42,504 nucleotides of DNA, from positions 1 to 42,504 of the forward strand of contig CAZIEQ010000001.1 of the NCBI GenBank assembly GCA_964538725.1, in the 5' to 3' direction. Of this stretch, positions 1-7,088 are shown one piece after another. The stretch comes from an uncultured Acidimicrobiia bacterium (GTDB lineage Bacteria > Actinomycetota > Acidimicrobiia > Spongiisociales > JAOTWH01). Position 1 is the first letter of the stretch, and every line of letters starts with the position of its first letter. Under the pieces are notes generated by a model. That model was not told the DNA's origin. It did no database searches and saw only the letters and a program-made list of their open reading frames with translations. The position numbers were made by a program, and so were the translations under genes.

Positions 1-887
1 GCAAGCGCGCCGCGGGAGCCCTGCTGCACCTCGCGGAGAAGGAAGCCGATTCTGAGGCGAGGCGGGATGTCGCCGCCGAGCTGACCCGCGTTGCCACCGA
101 TCTGCGCGGGCTGGAGCGGGAGTCGCTCTTCTTCGAGGAGTACGACGACCGTATTGCCATTCTCAGCATCAACGCGGGCGCCGGCGGTGTCGATGCCCAG
201 GACTGGGCTGAGATGCTGCTGCGCATGTACACCCGGTTCTTGGAGCGATCCGACTTCGACTTCGAGGTAGACGAAATCCATGCCGGGGAGGAGGCGGGTA
301 TCAAGTCGGCTACGTTGACCGTCCGCGGTGAGTATCCATACGGGACCCTGGAGAGCGAGCGGGGAGTTCACCGACTGGTTCGCATCAGCCCCTTCGACGC
401 CGCCTCTCGCCGGCACACGTCCTTTGCCGGCGTCGACGTGATTCCCGAGGTCGAGGTCGAGGAGGTCGAGATCAACCCTGAGGATCTCAAAACTGAGACT
501 TTCCGCTCCCAGGGCGCCGGTGGCCAGCATGTCAACGTCACCGACTCCGCGGTCCGCATAACCCACCTTCCCAGTGGCATCGTGGTGTCCTGCCAGGCGG
601 AGAGATCCCAGATGCAGAACCGCAACCGCGCCATGGCGCTGCTGGCCGCCCGCCTCGCCGAGGCGGCCCGCCGAGCCCAGAGGGAGGAGATCGCCGAGAT
701 AAGAGGCGAGCAGTCGGAAGCTGCTTGGGGTCGCCAGATCCGATCGTATGTTCTGCAGCCCTATCAGCTTGTGAAGGATCTCCGTACCGACGTCGAGAAG
801 GGCAATGTCCAAGGAGTGCTCGACGGCGACATCGATGAGTTCATTGATGAGTACCTGTTCTGGCGGCGGCGCCGGAGCTCCCTATGA
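1..887 (+). CDS. prfB: Peptide chain release factor 2 (partial; 5' end upstream of window)
   Basis: Frame 3 is open from nt 3 into ORF 213..887 with no stop. The translation contains AILSINAGAGGVDAQDWAEMLLRMY, the RF2-type SPF tripeptide (RISPFD) and the GGQ motif (SQGAGGQHVN). The N-terminus, and any +1 frameshift site, lies outside the window. Confidence 0.92.
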   Translation, partial: KRAAGALLHLAEKEADSEARRDVAAELTRVATDLRGLERESLFFEEYDDRIAILSINAGAGGVDAQDWAEMLLRMYTRFLERSDFDFEVDEIHAGEEAGIKSATLTVRGEYPYGTLESERGVHRLVRISPFDAASRRHTSFAGVDVIPEVEVEEVEINPEDLKTETFRSQGAGGQHVNVTDSAVRITHLPSGIVVSCQAERSQMQNRNRAMALLAARLAEAARRAQREEIAEIRGEQSEAAWGRQIRSYVLQPYQLVKDLRTDVEKGNVQGVLDGDIDEFIDEYLFWRRRRSSL

Positions 888-1035
888 GAGAGCGGCTTCG
901 ATGTCGGCCGGTTGAGGTTTGCCGCCGCCACACCCGGCGGCACCGCGGGGAAGCTGCGGGATGCAACGCGACCGCTGGTAGCCTCTGTGCGGACCGACTC
1001 CGGCGAGTAGCTCGTCCGTCCCCCTGGGTCCGCTC

Positions 1036-1752
1036 ATGATTCGGCTGCAAAACGTCACCAAGACCTACGACGCGGGCGTGGTTGCCGTCGATGACGTCAA
1101 CCTGGAGATCCAAAAGGGCGAGTTCGTATTCATCGTGGGCCCGTCCGGCTCGGGAAAATCGACGATGATCCGCCTCATACTGCGTGACGAGCGGCCTTCC
1201 GACGGGGAGATCTGGGTGGCGGGGAAGCACATTTCGCGCATTCCCGAATTCAAGATCCCGGCGTTCCGTCGGTCGCTGGGCACGGTGTTCCAAGACTTCA
1301 AGCTTCTGCCGACGAAGACCGTCTTCGAGAACGTGGCTTTCGCGCTGGAGGTCCTCGGCAGGCCTCGCTTGGTGGTGCGGACTCAGGTGACCCAGGTGCT
1401 CAAGCTCGTGGGCCTTTCCACCAAGTCGGATCGTCTTCCCCGCCAGCTGTCCGGAGGTGAGCAGCAGCGGGTCTCGATAGCGCGGGCAATGGTCAACAGG
1501 CCGTTGATCCTGCTTGCCGACGAGCCGACCGGAAACCTCGACCCGGCCACTTCGGTAGGCATCATGCGCATCCTGGACAAGATCAACAAGACCGGCACTA
1601 CCGTCGTGATGGCCACCCACGCTCACGCAATAGTCGATGCGATGAGAAAGAGGGTCGTGCAGCTGGACAGGGGCCGGGTGGTCCGTGACCAGACCCGCGG
1701 CGCATACGGCAGCGGACGTTCCGACGAAGCTGCCACCGGGGGCGGCCGATGA
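1036..1752 (+). CDS. ftsE: Cell-division ABC transporter ATP-binding protein FtsE
   Basis: 238 aa with Walker [13 protein letters not shown] signature LSGGEQQR and Walker [12 protein letters not shown]. Its stop overlaps the next start (ATGA), and it sits in the prfB-ftsE-ftsX context. Confidence 0.9.
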   Translation: MIRLQNVTKTYDAGVVAVDDVNLEIQKGEFVFIVGPSGSGKSTMIRLILRDERPSDGEIWVAGKHISRIPEFKIPAFRRSLGTVFQDFKLLPTKTVFENVAFALEVLGRPRLVVRTQVTQVLKLVGLSTKSDRLPRQLSGGEQQRVSIARAMVNRPLILLADEPTGNLDPATSVGIMRILDKINKTGTTVVMATHAHAIVDAMRKRVVQLDRGRVVRDQTRGAYGSGRSDEAATGGGR

Positions 1753-2630
1753 GGATCCTGTATCTGGTCAGACAGTCCATGCAGAGCCTGCGGCGCAACG
1801 CTCTGGTGGTGATGGGCGCGGTGCTGGCGGTCTTCGTTTCCCTGGTGCTCGTATTCGGGGCCATCGTCCTCACCGAACTGGTTCGGCAAAACACGACACG
1901 TTGGGAGGACGGGGTCAGACTCGTTGCCTTCGTCCGGGACGAACTCCCCGACACGGCCATCAACGCCATGATCAGCGAGGTGCAGGCGTGGGATGAAGTG
2001 GATGAGGTCTTCTTCTTCACCAAGGCCGAGGCCTATCAGGAAGCACAGATCCTCTTCAGAGACGACCAGGCTTTCCTCGAACTCCTCAATGAGCAACCGA
2101 CACTGTTGCCCGCCTCCATCCGGGTGAAGCCGGTGAACACCGACGTCTACTCCACCTTGGAGACGCGACTCAAAGCCACCCCGGGCGTGTTCGATGTACA
2201 GTCTGCCAGCAAGGCGATAGACGCCATCGTCGCCATCAAAGCGGGTCTCACCCAGCTTGTGCTGGGCCTGGCGATCCTGTTGGGCGCCTCGGCGATCGCT
2301 CTCATCGCCAACACCATCCGCATGGCCATCTACGCCCGGCGCGACGAGATCGGCATAATGCGTCTCGTCGGCGCAGGCAACTGGTTCATCCGCATTCCAT
2401 TCCTCCTCGAGGGGATGATCGAAGGCCTGGTTGGCGGCCTGCTGGCCATCGGTGCCATCGTCGTCGGCTATCAGTTTCTCCTTGACCGCACTCAGTCGGC
2501 GCCCGAATGGATCACCGTGGACATCCCGACAGACTTCTTCTTCCAATGGGGATTCTTCACCGTCGTTTTCGGAGTCGTGGTCGGTGTGCTGGCATCGGGT
2601 ATCGCGTTGTGGCGCTTCATGCGGGAGTAG
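1749..2630 (+). CDS. ftsX: Cell-division ABC transporter permease FtsX
   Basis: 293 aa. It has an N-terminal TM helix, a large extracytoplasmic loop and three C-terminal TM helices, which is FtsX topology. It is translationally coupled to ftsE. Confidence 0.85.
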   Translation: MRILYLVRQSMQSLRRNALVVMGAVLAVFVSLVLVFGAIVLTELVRQNTTRWEDGVRLVAFVRDELPDTAINAMISEVQAWDEVDEVFFFTKAEAYQEAQILFRDDQAFLELLNEQPTLLPASIRVKPVNTDVYSTLETRLKATPGVFDVQSASKAIDAIVAIKAGLTQLVLGLAILLGASAIALIANTIRMAIYARRDEIGIMRLVGAGNWFIRIPFLLEGMIEGLVGGLLAIGAIVVGYQFLLDRTQSAPEWITVDIPTDFFFQWGFFTVVFGVVVGVLASGIALWRFMRE

Positions 2631-2632
2631 CG

Positions 2633-3814
2633 GTGCGTCGCCTTGCACCCCTCATGCTCGCCGTTGTCGTGGTGGGGATGGTCGCTGTCCCGGTGCGGGC
2701 TTCGCTGCGGGACGAGCTGGACGACGTCAAAGGCCAGATAGGCGATTTGGAGGCGCGCGTCGACGCCGCCCAAGGAGAACGTAGCGCTCTCGCCGGGGAC
2801 GTTGCCACCGCGCAGCGCCGGCTCGATGCCCTCGTCGAGGATCTCGCCGCCGCAGAGTCAGATCTCGGCGAGGTCGAGTTGGCTCTGACGGTCGGACAGC
2901 AGCGGCTGTCTGAACTGCAGGGGCGTCTCGCCCACCGCGAAGCGCAGTTGCAGGGGACCCGGTTCAAGCTGGCGGTGACCCGCTCCCAGGCTGCGACCCG
3001 TGCCAGAAACCTGTATATCAGCGGCGGCCGCGACCTGACCGAGTTCGTGTTCAACGCCGACGAGGTGATGCAGGTTGCCCTCGGTTTGCAGTACGCCGAG
3101 CGGCTCAACAGCTACTCGGAGCAGATCATCCTCGGGTTGAAGGCTCTCCAAGCGGAGGAGTCGACGCAGGCGCAGGCTGTTGCCGCCGAGGAGGACGAGC
3201 TGGCAACGGAGCTCGCCTCCGTCGAGGATCGCAGGACCGCCCTTGCCGACCTGACGGCCACGGTCGCCGCGCGCACTGAGGACATCGAAGACGAGCTGGC
3301 CAGCCAGCGGGCCCTTCTTGCCGAGGTCGACCGCGAGATCGAGCACTTCGAAGGTGAGATCGACCACCTGGAGCGGGAACAGGACAAGATCGAGGAGCTG
3401 ATTCGTCTCGAACAGGCCGGCGGTTCAGCCCCCAGCGTGCTGCTGCGTCCTGTGCCCGGTCCGATTACCAGCCCTTTCGGCTATCGGGTTCATCCGATCC
3501 TCGGAACCCGCAAGCTCCACACCGGCATCGACTTCTCCGCCGCATATGGCCAGGACATCAAGGCGGCGGGCAGCGGAAGGGTGATTCTGGCGCAATGGTA
3601 CGGCGGATACGGCAAGGCGGTCATTATCGATCACGGCGGCGGTGTGAGCACCCTGTACGCACACCAGTCTTCGATCGGCGTTGGATACGGCCAGCAGGTG
3701 ACGGCCGGCCAGGTCATCGGGCATGTGGGCAGCACCGGATTGAGCACCGGACCGCACCTGCATTTCGAGGTTCGGGAATGGTCGGTCCCCGTCGACCCGA
3801 TGAAATACCTGTGA
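2633..3814 (+). CDS. Secreted coiled-coil M23/LytM-family peptidoglycan endopeptidase
   Basis: I start it at GTG 2633, 2 nt after the ftsX stop, giving signal-like VRRLAPLMLAVVVVGMVAVPVRA. The 5' part of ORF 2507..3814 overlaps ftsX. About 270 aa of heptad-like Ala/Glu/Leu/Arg-rich sequence is followed by an M23 domain with HTGIDF (HxxxD) and GPHLHFEV (HxH). Confidence 0.8.
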   Translation: MRRLAPLMLAVVVVGMVAVPVRASLRDELDDVKGQIGDLEARVDAAQGERSALAGDVATAQRRLDALVEDLAAAESDLGEVELALTVGQQRLSELQGRLAHREAQLQGTRFKLAVTRSQAATRARNLYISGGRDLTEFVFNADEVMQVALGLQYAERLNSYSEQIILGLKALQAEESTQAQAVAAEEDELATELASVEDRRTALADLTATVAARTEDIEDELASQRALLAEVDREIEHFEGEIDHLEREQDKIEELIRLEQAGGSAPSVLLRPVPGPITSPFGYRVHPILGTRKLHTGIDFSAAYGQDIKAAGSGRVILAQWYGGYGKAVIIDHGGGVSTLYAHQSSIGVGYGQQVTAGQVIGHVGSTGLSTGPHLHFEVREWSVPVDPMKYL

Positions 3815-4263
3815 AGGTCGTAACCACCAACCGGCGAGCCCGTCGCAACTTCGAAATACTGGAGACCTTGGAGGCAGGCATCGTGCTGGTGGGCTCAGAG
3901 GTGAAGAGTCTGCGGGCCGGTCAGGTCGACCTCAAGGACGGTTATGCATCCATCGCAGGTGGTGAGGCGTGGCTCTATTCGGTCCACATTGCCCCATACG
4001 GGTTCTCCGGACCCGCCGGCCACGACCCGGAGAGGAGCCGCAAGCTTCTTCTTCATCGGCGTCAGATAGACCGGCTTGGGGCCCAGATCGCCGAGAAGGG
4101 ATTGACCCTCGTGCCACTGTCGGTGTACTTCAAAGACGGCATCGTCAAGGTTGAGCTGGGGTTGGGGAAGGGACGTCGCACCTACGACAAGCGGCGTGCC
4201 ATCCGCCAGCGCGAGGAGGAGCGGGAAATGGCCAGGGCACGCCGCCGCCGGGGACCCCGCTAG
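3811..4263 (+). CDS. smpB: SsrA-binding protein SmpB
   Basis: GTG 3811 overlaps the M23 stop (GTGA). The sequence VKVVTTNRRARRNFEILETLEAGIVLVGSEVKSLR...LLLHRRQI...KGRRTYDKR is typical SmpB with a basic C-terminal tail. The 5' part of ORF 3595..4263 overlaps the M23 gene and is discarded. Confidence 0.9.
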   Translation: MKVVTTNRRARRNFEILETLEAGIVLVGSEVKSLRAGQVDLKDGYASIAGGEAWLYSVHIAPYGFSGPAGHDPERSRKLLLHRRQIDRLGAQIAEKGLTLVPLSVYFKDGIVKVELGLGKGRRTYDKRRAIRQREEEREMARARRRRGPR

Positions 4264-4314
4264 GCCTCGGGAATTATCGCCGTTCCGTCGGTGTCGTTAC
4301 AGTGTCGACCTCTC

Positions 4315-4671
4315 GGGGGTGAACAGGATTCGACTTCGAGGGTTGAAGCGTCGGAAGCGAGCCGAGGTTTCCGGAGTCCTCGTTAAACAGCCGGAACACT
4401 GACAAGTGCCGACAACGAACTGGCACTGGCTGCTTAACAACTAGCAGCTCGTCCTCCCGGTGGGTTCCCGCACCGCCGGTGTTGGGCGTCGCTTTGCGGG
4501 ATGCCCCCGGCCGGGTTCCGGGACGGCCGGGGTAAGACCAACTCCGGATAGGACGGTGAGGTGCCGGGCCGACAGGGTCTCACCACTCCGAAAAGCTCTC
4601 TGTCGGCTGCGCTCGGAGATGCCGACGCCGAGGCCTCGGAGGACCGGGGTTCGATTCCCCGCACCTCCACC
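4315..4671 (+). ncRNA. ssrA: tmRNA (SsrA), one-piece; tag reading frame encodes ADNELALAA
   Basis: The 5' GGGGGTGAACAGGATTCGAC pairs with the 3' GGTTCGATTCCCCGCACCTCC-ACC, forming a tRNA-Ala-like acceptor and T arm. The resume codon GCC at 4408 gives gcc gac aac gaa ctg gca ctg gct gct taa (4408..4437). It lies directly downstream of smpB. The terminal A of CCA is not encoded. Ends are +/- a few nt. Confidence 0.9.
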
Positions 4672-4749
4672 GACAGCCGTCCCCGGACGGCAGACCGGAC
4701 GATCGCAGACTCTGCGAGTACCATTGGGGCGACGGTAGAGGGAGGCCGG

Positions 4750-5049
4750 ATGCGCCCCGAACAACGGCCGCTTCCTGAGAGGATTCTGGGTTTTCGTCGG
4801 TGTGCCGGCTGCAGCTTCGACTGGGGGACGGGGGAGGGAGTTCAGGCCTGCAGCTACTACGCATGTCCTTATCTTCCCGAGGAGCTGTGGGTTTCGTGTG
4901 ACTGGTGCGGATTCAACTTCGTCAATCTCGAGGGAGGGATTCGCTGCGACCACGCGACCTGTGAACGGGCCCGTACTTTGCAAAGCCACGTAGCCAACTA
5001 TCGCGCCTGGTCGGATCGGGTGGCCGCAACCACCCTCACCGGCGCATAG
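4750..5049 (+). CDS. Small cysteine-rich hypothetical protein (99 aa, four Cys pairs)
   Basis: This is an internal ATG of ORF 4561..5049, whose 5' part overlaps the tmRNA. GGAGG lies 4 nt upstream. The Cys pattern is CAGC ... CSYYAC ... CDWC ... CDHATC (CxxC, Cx4C, CxxC, Cx4C). I recognise no family. Third-position GC is about 68% by my count, lower than the impression I have of neighbouring genes. Confidence 0.45.
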   Translation: MRPEQRPLPERILGFRRCAGCSFDWGTGEGVQACSYYACPYLPEELWVSCDWCGFNFVNLEGGIRCDHATCERARTLQSHVANYRAWSDRVAATTLTGA

Positions 5050-5133
5050 GCGCCGCGACGACACCGGACGGGCGGCCGCGGTTGTTGCTTCAGATGTGCT
5101 GTCGCCGTCGCGACGGCGGTAACGTCGCCGGCT

Positions 5134-6375
5134 ATGTCAAAGCACCGTGCCCTCGGGCTGCTGTCCGTCAGCGTGACTGTGTCCTTCGGCGCCCTCTTCT
5201 ACGCCTTCAGCGTTCTCATAACAGACGATGCTGCCGGGGCCGAGTTCTCCACTTCGGCTCTGTCTACCGCATACAGCGGTGCCCTGCTGGTGGCAGGCTC
5301 GGTTGCCTATCCGATCGGACGCTGGGCCGACAAGCATGGGATCAGGTCCATCATCGGGGCGGGAGCGCTGGCAGGTTCGTTGGGTCTGTTCCTCTATGGC
5401 CGGGCGGGGGAGCCGTGGCAGATCGTCGCCGTTTCGGTGAGCCTGCTCGGACCTGCGGCCGGCTTGCTCTTCTACGAGCCGGCGTTCGTTGCCGTCGACC
5501 GCTGGTTTTCCGCTGACCGCAAGGGGAGGGCGTTGGGCGTCCTCACCGTCGTCGGCGGTCTCGCCGGCCCCGTGTTCATTCCCCTCACCTCATGGCTGGT
5601 GTCCGCGGTGGGTTGGCGTGATACCTGCACCGTTCTTGCTCTGGCGGTGCTGGCGGCCGCGGGGATGGCCGGCACGGTGCGCACGCCGCCGTCTCATGGA
5701 GCCGCCCATATGGAGCACGGCGGGCCCCTGGAGGTGCGCACCGTGATGAGGGACTCCCGGTTCATCCTCTTTGGAGCCGGCCTTGCTCTGAGCTTCGCAG
5801 CCGTGCAGGCACTTCTGTTTCACCGCATCGCTGCCTTCGAAGACGCGGGTTGGAGCGTTCCCCTCGTCGGCGGTCTGGCGGCGGTGTCGGGGCTGGCGGG
5901 GCTGCCAGGGCGTTATCTCGCACCGATCCTCTCGGAGAAGGTGTCTCCGGCGACGGTCCACGCCGGCCTCGACGTGGCGATGGCGGCGGCGGCGTTTTTC
6001 GTCGTTGGGGGTGCGTCGGGTTGGCAGCTTGGGGGGCATTTCATCGTCTTCGGAGTGTTCTTCGGAGCATTGGCACCGATGCGCGCCGTCATCATGGGCT
6101 CGTGGTTCTCCGGCCCCGCCTACGGCCGCATCATGGGTGCGCAGTGGAGCGCGGTCGCTCTTGTGGCCGCGGGGGCGCCGGCCGTGGTAGGTATCGGGCG
6201 TGACGGTCTCGACAGTTATGACCTGCCGATGGTGGGTGTCGGCGTCGTCCTGATCACTGCCGCCGCTCTCACAGTGGCGGCGGGGCGTGCTCACATGAGG
6301 ATCAGCGGTGCCGCCTCGTCGAAGACGGCGTCGAAGAATGCCCCGGCGTCTGCGGCCGACTCGACGTCCCTGTAG
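5134..6375 (+). CDS. MFS transporter
   Basis: 413 aa with about 12 hydrophobic segments in a 6+6 arrangement and an MFS-like loop motif (GRWADKHGIR). Substrate is unknown. The low-complexity C-terminal tail overlaps the convergent gene by 85 nt. Confidence 0.8.
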   Translation: MSKHRALGLLSVSVTVSFGALFYAFSVLITDDAAGAEFSTSALSTAYSGALLVAGSVAYPIGRWADKHGIRSIIGAGALAGSLGLFLYGRAGEPWQIVAVSVSLLGPAAGLLFYEPAFVAVDRWFSADRKGRALGVLTVVGGLAGPVFIPLTSWLVSAVGWRDTCTVLALAVLAAAGMAGTVRTPPSHGAAHMEHGGPLEVRTVMRDSRFILFGAGLALSFAAVQALLFHRIAAFEDAGWSVPLVGGLAAVSGLAGLPGRYLAPILSEKVSPATVHAGLDVAMAAAAFFVVGGASGWQLGGHFIVFGVFFGALAPMRAVIMGSWFSGPAYGRIMGAQWSAVALVAAGAPAVVGIGRDGLDSYDLPMVGVGVVLITAAALTVAAGRAHMRISGAASSKTASKNAPASAADSTSL

Positions 6376-7088
6376 CGCAGCACAGCCCCTTCGAAACCCG
6401 CCGATGTCCAATGGGCGGCACCGGGCAACTCGAAATCCGCCAGCCCGTCGGGGAACGGCCACGGAGTTGCGTAGAAGTAGGGGGTGTCGACGTTGCCGTC
6501 GGGTGGAGAGAAGCCGCAACCTATCTGTGAAGGGCTGCTGGCAGGGGTGCCACCGTCGTCGTATGGCACCCGGCGGGTACCGATGACTGCCACCGACACG
6601 TCGAAATGGTGCGGCCACAACGCCACCGGGGACACCTCCCAGGGGTAGATGCGGGACGCCAGAGCTGCGAACATGTCGGCCGCCTCCCGCTGTGCGGCGT
6701 GCCCGGCCTGAGCCGCTGCCGGTTCATAGAGCCGCGGAGCATCGTTCTCCCATCGTTCCGCCTCGAACACGGTCTCCACCCCACAGTCACGCAGCCATCC
6801 TGCGGCCCGGCGGCCCAGTTCGGTTGCAGTTAACCCGGCGCCGAGGAGGGCAGAGGCCAGCTCGTCGCCGTGTTGTCGCAGCACCAGCCGGTGGTCGGTG
6901 TGGTCGATGGTGATTTCCAGGTCCTTGGGAAGCAGTCCGGTGCTGAGACCGTCGGTGGTGACAACGAGGCTGGCATGTTCCCAGTGGGGGAGGGGATCCA
7001 CCATGTTCCGCCGCATCGTGCCCGGAATCTTGGCGTAGGCGTGAACGGTGCCCAGCGTCGGCTCCCAGGAAGACAGGTCGGGTCTCAT
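6291..7088 (-). CDS. Conserved hypothetical protein (layout reminiscent of DUF5996; uncertain)
   Basis: The start ATG at 7088 overlaps the stop of the upstream Rieske-ThDP gene (ATGA). The remainder of ORF 6291..7739 is antisense-frame read-through. It is 265 aa with no motif I can assign. The DUF5996 resemblance comes only from my memory of that family's general pattern. Confidence 0.6.
   Translation of the reverse strand: MRPDLSSWEPTLGTVHAYAKIPGTMRRNMVDPLPHWEHASLVVTTDGLSTGLLPKDLEITIDHTDHRLVLRQHGDELASALLGAGLTATELGRRAAGWLRDCGVETVFEAERWENDAPRLYEPAAAQAGHAAQREAADMFAALASRIYPWEVSPVALWPHHFDVSVAVIGTRRVPYDDGGTPASSPSQIGCGFSPPDGNVDTPYFYATPWPFPDGLADFELPGAAHWTSAGFEGAVLRYRDVESAADAGAFFDAVFDEAAPLILM

Noticed and set aside
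1-212. The programmed +1 frameshift site of prfB.
   Set aside because: The site lies near codon 25 of RF2, which is upstream of this window. The visible part is a single uninterrupted frame, so nothing can be said.
931-955. Short GC hairpins after prfB (gccgccg-ccacacc-cggcggc), after ssrA (4676..4691), and a 16-nt palindrome CGCCGTCGCGACGGCG upstream of the MFS gene (about 5102..5117).
   Set aside because: The stems are only 5-8 bp in a GC-rich background, where such pairings arise often by chance. They are not strong enough to annotate as terminators or operators.
2507-2632. Upstream extensions of supplied ORFs. For M23: 2507..2632. The same applies to 3595..3810 (smpB), 13835..14308 (permease), 15107..15598 (MBL), 28581..28904 (folC), 30070..30171 (ndk), 40659..40817 (NiCoT), 10370..10480 (thiI), 10128..10466 (arcA) and 7089..7739 (hypothetical).
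   Set aside because: Each extension overlaps the well-supported upstream gene in another frame. Each also precedes a start codon that gives a canonical N-terminus and/or a stop-start overlap typical of coupled operons.
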